Source: Gammaproteobacteria bacterium (GTDB lineage: Bacteria; Pseudomonadota; Gammaproteobacteria; Acidiferrobacterales; Sulfurifustaceae). Taken from it: a stretch of DNA of 64,000 nt. A model generated the notes under the pieces. The model saw only the letters and a program-made list of their open reading frames with translations. It was not told where the DNA came from and ran no database searches. Made by a program: the position numbers and the translations under genes. Where the stretch lies: positions 4,101 to 68,100 of the forward strand of contig JACQBD010000095.1 of NCBI GenBank assembly GCA_016194665.1, in the 5' to 3' direction. The stretch's first letter is position 1; each line of letters starts with the position of its first letter. This document shows positions 58,523 through 64,000 of the stretch, piece after piece.

Positions 58523-61084
58523 ATGCCAGGCACTCGTTACATACTTGAAGTTCAGCCGGTTCTCCCGGAACGCTTAAAGCGTCTGCAAGAATTAGCCAAC
58601 GATTTGCTTTACAGCTGGGACCGCGAAGTACGGGTTTTATTCTTCCGCCTCAATCCCGACTTGTGGGAAGCCTGTGGGCACAACCCCAAATTATTCCTGC
58701 GCCGCGTATCGCAAAAACGTCTGGATGAAGCCGCGGAAGACCGCGTATTCATGGAAGACTACAACCGCGTGTTGTCGGTATACGACACCTACCATCAAGA
58801 ACGCGCGCGCCCGGCGATTACGCAGCTGCTCGACCCGAAAGAAGATTTGGTGGCGTATTTCTGCGCCGAGTTCGGATTCCACGAAAGCTTTCAAATTTAT
58901 TCCGGCGGTCTCGGCATTTTAGCTGGCGATTATTGCAAAGCCGCCAGCGACTTGAACATTCCTTTCGTGGCGGTGGGCATGCTGTATCGCCAAGGTTATT
59001 TTATTCAAACCATCGATGGGCATGGCAACCAAGTAGCGCATTTCACGCCGACCTATTTCGCGGATTTGCCGATCACCCCCGCCGCCGACGCTCAGGGCGC
59101 GGAGATTCACGTGCACGTCGATTTGCCGGGACGGCGCGTGGTACTCAAAGTATGGAAAGCCAAAGCCGGACACATCACGCTCTATTTACTCGACAGCGAT
59201 CTGCCGGAAAACGGCGAAGCCGATCGCGCCATTACCTTTCAACTCTATGGCGGCGACATCAATACGCGCATGCAGCAAGAAATCGTGCTCGGCATCGGCG
59301 GCGTGCGCGCCTTGCACGCGGTCGGCGTCAATCCCACGGTGTGGCATATCAACGAAGGCCATGCCGCGTTCATGATCATTGAGCGTTGCCGCGAATATGT
59401 CGCGCAAGGTTTAGATTTCGACAGCGCCTTGGAAATGGTTGCGGCCAACACCGTGTTCACCACGCACACACCGGTGCCCGCGGGTCATGATATTTTCGAT
59501 TATCAGCTGGTCAGCAGTTACTTCGGCGGGTTCGCTAAAGAACTGGGCATCGACATGAATCATTTCCTTTCGCTCGGATCGAGTCCGAGCAATCAAGGCG
59601 GCTTTAATCAAACCGCACTGGCCTTGCGCGGCTCGCGGTTTCGCAACGGCGTGTCGCGCATTCACGGCGGCGTGGCCTCGCGCATGGCGGCGTTTGTGTG
59701 GCCGCAAATTCCGCCGGAAGAAAATCCCATGGGCTACGTCACCAACGGCGTGCACGTGCCGACATTTCTGGCGCGCGAATGGGCCAATATGTTCGACATG
59801 CGTTTCGGCGGCGGTTGGCGCAACCAAGAACTCAATAAAGATTTTTGGGAGCGCATCGACAATATTCCCGATCATAGTTTTTGGAGCGTGCGCCAAACTT
59901 TGAAATCGGAAATGCTCGCGGAAGTAAAACATCGCGTGATTCGCCAGCAACGCCGCAACGGCTGCAGCGAAGCCTTGGTTGAACGCTACACGCAACATCT
60001 TATGCCGCACGATACCGATATCTTGACGCTGGGTTTTGCGCGCCGCTTCGCTACCTACAAGCGCGCGACCTTACTGTTCTCCGATCCGGCGCGCCTGGCG
60101 CGTTTGTTTAATGATCCGAATCGGCGCGTGCTGCTCATCTTCGCCGGCAAGGCGCATCCGCATGATTTGCCGGCGCAACGCCTGATTCAAACCATTCATG
60201 AATATTCACGCCGTCCGGAATTCGAAGGAAAAATTATTTTGCTCGAAGGCTACGACCTGTCCTTGGCGCGCAAGCTCGTCACCAGTGTCGACGTCTGGCT
60301 CAATACGCCGGAATATCCGATGGAAGCCAGCGGCACCTCGGGCGAAAAAGCCGGCATCAATGGCGTGATCAACCTCAGCGTGCTCGACGGCTGGTGGGAC
60401 GAGGGTTACAACGAAGAAAACGGTTGGGCCATCACCCCGCACGGTTCGCAATATGACAGCACTTACCGCGACCGCGAAGAAGGCCAAGAGCTGCTGGATA
60501 TTTTAGAGCGCCAAGTGATTCCGCTTTACTACACGCGCAACGGTCACGGCTATTCCGACGGTTGGGTGAAAAAATCCAAAAATTCCATGAAGTCGCTGCT
60601 GCCGCGCTTCAACGCCCAGCGCATGGTCATGGACTACGCCACCAATTACTACACGCTGGCGCGCAAACAGCGCTTGATCATGAGCGGCAATAATTTCGCG
60701 CGCGCCAAGGAAATCGCCGGCTGGCGCAAACGTCTCGATAGCAGCTGGCCACGCGTCAGCCTGCGACGCGTGGACAAGGCGCCGTCGGAAATCCGTTCCG
60801 GCAGCGTCTTGTCGCTGCGCGTCGCCGCGCGTTTAAACGGTTTGCAGCCGGAAGATGTATTGATCGAATGCTTGGTCGGCCGTGAACTGGAAAATGGCGA
60901 GTTCGTCCGTTTGGATAGTCATGTCTTCATGCCGGAAAAGTCGAATGAATCCGCGGATGAAATCATATTTAAGCTCGACTTAAATCCACGCTTGCCGGGT
61001 TTACAGTATTACAAAATCCGCATGTTCCCGTTTCATCCGGCGCTGTCGCATCGTTTCGAATCGGGATACATGATCTGGCTTTAA
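58523..61084 (+). CDS. glgP: Alpha-glucan (glycogen) phosphorylase
   Basis: YSGGLGILAGD, HINEGH, FARRFATYKR, EASGTSGEK. Confidence 0.95.
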   Translation: MPGTRYILEVQPVLPERLKRLQELANDLLYSWDREVRVLFFRLNPDLWEACGHNPKLFLRRVSQKRLDEAAEDRVFMEDYNRVLSVYDTYHQERARPAITQLLDPKEDLVAYFCAEFGFHESFQIYSGGLGILAGDYCKAASDLNIPFVAVGMLYRQGYFIQTIDGHGNQVAHFTPTYFADLPITPAADAQGAEIHVHVDLPGRRVVLKVWKAKAGHITLYLLDSDLPENGEADRAITFQLYGGDINTRMQQEIVLGIGGVRALHAVGVNPTVWHINEGHAAFMIIERCREYVAQGLDFDSALEMVAANTVFTTHTPVPAGHDIFDYQLVSSYFGGFAKELGIDMNHFLSLGSSPSNQGGFNQTALALRGSRFRNGVSRIHGGVASRMAAFVWPQIPPEENPMGYVTNGVHVPTFLAREWANMFDMRFGGGWRNQELNKDFWERIDNIPDHSFWSVRQTLKSEMLAEVKHRVIRQQRRNGCSEALVERYTQHLMPHDTDILTLGFARRFATYKRATLLFSDPARLARLFNDPNRRVLLIFAGKAHPHDLPAQRLIQTIHEYSRRPEFEGKIILLEGYDLSLARKLVTSVDVWLNTPEYPMEASGTSGEKAGINGVINLSVLDGWWDEGYNEENGWAITPHGSQYDSTYRDREEGQELLDILERQVIPLYYTRNGHGYSDGWVKKSKNSMKSLLPRFNAQRMVMDYATNYYTLARKQRLIMSGNNFARAKEIAGWRKRLDSSWPRVSLRRVDKAPSEIRSGSVLSLRVAARLNGLQPEDVLIECLVGRELENGEFVRLDSHVFMPEKSNESADEIIFKLDLNPRLPGLQYYKIRMFPFHPALSHRFESGYMIWL

Positions 61085-61180
61085 TTGCCCGGTAATGCAC
61101 TACACATCATTGCCGATACTTACCTCAATGCCAGAGCATTTTTTGCAGGCTTGCTCATTTAAACAAATGTCGCAATCTAC

Positions 61181-61508
61181 GTAGGGTGGAATAGGCCGAA
61201 GGCCGTATTCCGCCGAATGCACATCTCCCCAACGCGAGAAAAAAACATCCGGCGCAATTCGCTACGCTCATTGCGCCCTACATTCTGGTTATAAATAAAT
61301 GTAGGTTGGGGTGAGCATCGCGAACCCACGTAACAATTCTTCACTCTTGAATCAGATTTTGTTGGGGTTCATTGGATTCACCCCAATCTACATAACTAAT
61401 TCAATACCCATAGGGCGGAATAGGCCGCAGGCCGTATTCCGCCGAATGCGTATCGCGGATGCGAAGGAGGAACATGCGGCGCAATTCGCTGCGCTCATTG
61501 CGCCCTAC
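61181..61508. repeat. Cluster of three GTAG-type REP doublets (REPIN/BIME-like, A-B-A')
   Basis: 61181-61281 and 61410-61508 share TAGGGYGGAATAGGCCGMAGGCCGTATTCCGCCGAATGC..GGCGCAATTCGCT.CGCTCATTGCGCCCTAC; 61301-61391 is a different GTAGGTTGGGGTGA..TCACCCCAATCTAC doublet. Confidence 0.85.
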
Positions 61509-61535
61509 GTCCTGGTTGCATGGCATGGCGACGAC

Positions 61536-61844
61536 TTATAATCGCCCATGCCCCTGTACCTCGCTAATCCAATAAACTCCTTTACCAACCACACCGCAAT
61601 CCGTAGCGCGCAAAGTTTGCAGCACCTGTTCCAGGTTTTTATCCTCCAGCACCATATCCACGCGCACGTGCGGCGTGTAGCCGACCACGCGGTCGCGCGC
61701 CGACAACATCGGGTCGCGCGCGTCCTGCGCGCCGTGGCCTTCGACGCGCGTGAAGCTGAAGCCCGGCAGAAACTTAAGGCCGCGCAAGACATCGGCGAGC
61801 GCTTGTTCAACGTCGGCGTGCACCATTAAGGTAAGATTTTTCAT
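61536..61844 (-). CDS. P-II-like small protein (DUF3240-like) coupled to the efflux pump
   Basis: GFSFTRVEGHG..RDRVVG; ATGA overlap with the pump gene. Confidence 0.75.
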   Translation of the reverse strand: MKNLTLMVHADVEQALADVLRGLKFLPGFSFTRVEGHGAQDARDPMLSARDRVVGYTPHVRVDMVLEDKNLEQVLQTLRATDCGVVGKGVYWISEVQGHGRL

Positions 61845-64000
61845 GTTGATTTCCTCGTTTGCTTTTTTAATTGGCGCTCGGCGCTGGTTTCCAGCCAGGC
61901 ATACAGCGTCGGCAACAGCACCAGCGTTAACAGCGTCGACGTGATGAGCCCACCGATCACCACCACCGCCAGCGGCCGTTGCAGTTCCGAACCCGGGCCC
62001 GTCGCCAGTAGCATCGGCACCAAACCGAAGCTGGCGATGAGCGCGGTCATCAACACCGGACGCAAGCGCCGCTCCGCGCCTTCTTGCACCGCTTGCGCCA
62101 CGCTGCGTCCGGTCTCGCGCAGTTGATTGAAGTACGTCACCATGACAACGCCGTTCAACACCGCTACCCCGAACAAGGTGATGAAACCCACCGACGCCGG
62201 CACCGACAGATAAAGCCCCGAAAGAAATAAACTGACGACACCGCCGATCAATGCGAACGGTATATTAAGTATGATGAGCCCGGCTTGGCGCACCGAACGG
62301 AAAGTAGAAAACAACAACAAGAAAATAAGCGCGATCGACACCGGCACCACCAACGCCAGGCGCGCCGCGGCGCGCTGTTGGTTTTCGAACTGCCCGCCGT
62401 AAGTGATGTAATAACCTTGCGGCAACTTGACCTCGCGCTCAATCGCGGCGCGCACTTCGTCGACAAAACTAACCACGTCGCGATTCTCGACATTGGCTTG
62501 CACCACTACTTGGCGCTTGGCCGATTCGCGATTGATTTGCACCGGTCCGTCCACCTCCTTAATGTCGGCCAGTAATGCCAAAGGTAGCTTGGCGCCTCCC
62601 GGCGTTTCGATTAAGAGTTGCGCCAGAGCTTGCTTGGATTCGCGCGCCGCCGCCGGATAGCGCAGCAACACCGGGCTCACACGGTTGCCTTCGATGATTT
62701 CGCTCACGATCTTGCCGCCGACGGCGGTTTCGATCATGTGGTTGATGTCCTCGGTGCGGATGCCGTAGCGTGCGATGTCTGACTGGCGTATGTCGATACG
62801 CAAATAATTTTGTCCCGAGAGCCGGCCGCGAAAAATATCCACCGCGCCGGGAATGCCCGTGACGATTTGCTCGATGTGTTTCGATTTTTCTTCCAGCAGC
62901 GCCAGATCGTCGCCGAATAACTTGATCGCCATGGCGGCGCGCACGCCGGTTAACATCTCCGAGGTGCGCATGTCGATCGGCTGCGTGAAGGCGATGTCGA
63001 GTTCCCAATCCTTGAAGCTCTCGAGCTTCTCACGCAGTTGCTGGTGAAACTGCGCCAAGCTCATGCCCCATTCAGCGCGCGGCTTGGTCTGCAAGAAATT
63101 ATCGGTTTGATACAAACCCATCGGGTCCAAGCGCAGCTCATCCGCGCCGGTGCGCGACACCACGCCGGTGACCGGCGCCAGCTCCATCAACGCTTTATGT
63201 ATCGGTTGATCCATGGCCAAGGAACGTTCGAGCGACACGTTCGACGATTTTTCAATGATGATCACCGTGGTGCCTTCGTCCATCACCGGCATGAACTCGC
63301 GGCCGATGAAAGGAAACAGCGCCGCCGCCAGCAGCAGCGCGCTGACCGCCCCGGCCACCGCCTGCTTGCGGTGATGCAAAGCCCAACGCATGACCGGCAA
63401 ATAAATACGCTTGAGGCGCGCCAACAGCCAACCGTCGTCATGCGCGCCGCCGCGCATCAGGAAACTTGCCAGCACCGGAATCGCCGTGAGCGACAGCAGC
63501 AGCGATGCGGCGAGCGCGAACGAGATGGTCACGGCCAGCGGCGTGAACATTTTGCCTTCGAGGCCGGTGAGACTGAAGAGCGGCAGGAACACCATGATAA
63601 TGATCAGCACGCCTGAGATCACCGGCGTCGCTACTTCCAGCGTCGCGCGATAAACCAGATGCAGCCGGCTCACACCCGGCGGTGCGTGACTCAACTGCAC
63701 GTGCACGTTCTCTACCACCACCACCGCCGCGTCCACCAGAATGCCGATGGCGATGGCCAGCCCGCCGAGCGACATGAGATTGGCGGTGACGCCGAAAAAT
63801 TTCATGAGCATGAAGGTGCCGAGCACCGACAAGGGCAAAATCAGCGCCACCGTGAGCGCGGCGCGTAAATTGCCAAGCAACACAATGAGCACCAACAACA
63901 CCAGCACCACGGCTTCGCCGAGCGCTTTTTCCACCGTCCACACGGCTTCATTAATCAGCTCGGTGCGATCGTAGAACGGTTCGATGCTCACGCCTTTGGG
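61841..64000 (-). CDS. CusA/CzcA heavy-metal RND efflux pump, 5'-truncated by the window edge
   Basis: ANLMSLGGLAIAIGILVDAAVVVVEN, FGVAVLNG, RLRPVLMTA, QRPLAVVVIGG. Confidence 0.93.
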   Translation of the reverse strand, partial: PKGVSIEPFYDRTELINEAVWTVEKALGEAVVLVLLVLIVLLGNLRAALTVALILPLSVLGTFMLMKFFGVTANLMSLGGLAIAIGILVDAAVVVVENVHVQLSHAPPGVSRLHLVYRATLEVATPVISGVLIIIMVFLPLFSLTGLEGKMFTPLAVTISFALAASLLLSLTAIPVLASFLMRGGAHDDGWLLARLKRIYLPVMRWALHHRKQAVAGAVSALLLAAALFPFIGREFMPVMDEGTTVIIIEKSSNVSLERSLAMDQPIHKALMELAPVTGVVSRTGADELRLDPMGLYQTDNFLQTKPRAEWGMSLAQFHQQLREKLESFKDWELDIAFTQPIDMRTSEMLTGVRAAMAIKLFGDDLALLEEKSKHIEQIVTGIPGAVDIFRGRLSGQNYLRIDIRQSDIARYGIRTEDINHMIETAVGGKIVSEIIEGNRVSPVLLRYPAAARESKQALAQLLIETPGGAKLPLALLADIKEVDGPVQINRESAKRQVVVQANVENRDVVSFVDEVRAAIEREVKLPQGYYITYGGQFENQQRAAARLALVVPVSIALIFLLLFSTFRSVRQAGLIILNIPFALIGGVVSLFLSGLYLSVPASVGFITLFGVAVLNGVVMVTYFNQLRETGRSVAQAVQEGAERRLRPVLMTALIASFGLVPMLLATGPGSELQRPLAVVVIGGLITSTLLTLVLLPTLYAWLETSAERQLKKQTRKST

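Noticed and set aside
61181-61508. Possible CRISPR array (repeats with variable spacers)
   Set aside because: Units are inverted doublets of differing types with GTAG ends, not 3 or more direct repeats at a regular period; no cas genes in the window
61311-61541. 76-aa ORF (and similarly 18162..18353 and 45404..45592)
   Set aside because: Translations of repeats or intergenic DNA without RBS or protein-like features

Overview
Bacterial chromosomal window, most likely from a sulfur-oxidising Gammaproteobacterium (Acidiferrobacterales-like is my inference from Rsd, SorAB and the TauE-USP fusion). Most of it is ordinary core genome: mtaD-ubiG-gph-rmuC, ffh, tsaB, purT, the glyA-nrdR-rib-nusB-thiL cluster, queA-tgt-yajC-secDF, glgP and a truncated CzcA/CusA pump. 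It also carries nitrogen assimilation genes (nirBD; an nrtA-cynS-nrtB-nrtD operon with an ANTAR antitermination leader; two tandem ANTAR genes), each unit behind a sigma54 promoter with NtrC-like boxes. The standout is a co-oriented accessory block at 45-11600. A small cohesin-like protein with a VPLPA/PEP-CTERM anchor lies between two Sec-exported proteins that carry near-identical TSP3+dockerin modules (62/69 aa identical): a beta-propeller/di-heme enzyme and an Rhs polymorphic toxin. The toxin is followed by a candidate immunity gene, a decayed orphan toxin/immunity pair and an outer-membrane beta-barrel. This looks like a cellulosome-style cohesin-dockerin display system reused for a toxin and a redox enzyme. 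Several MITE/REP-like repeats are present, including nested and interleaved ones. No rRNA, tRNA or CRISPR array was seen. All domain calls come from reading motifs by eye; no searches were run.
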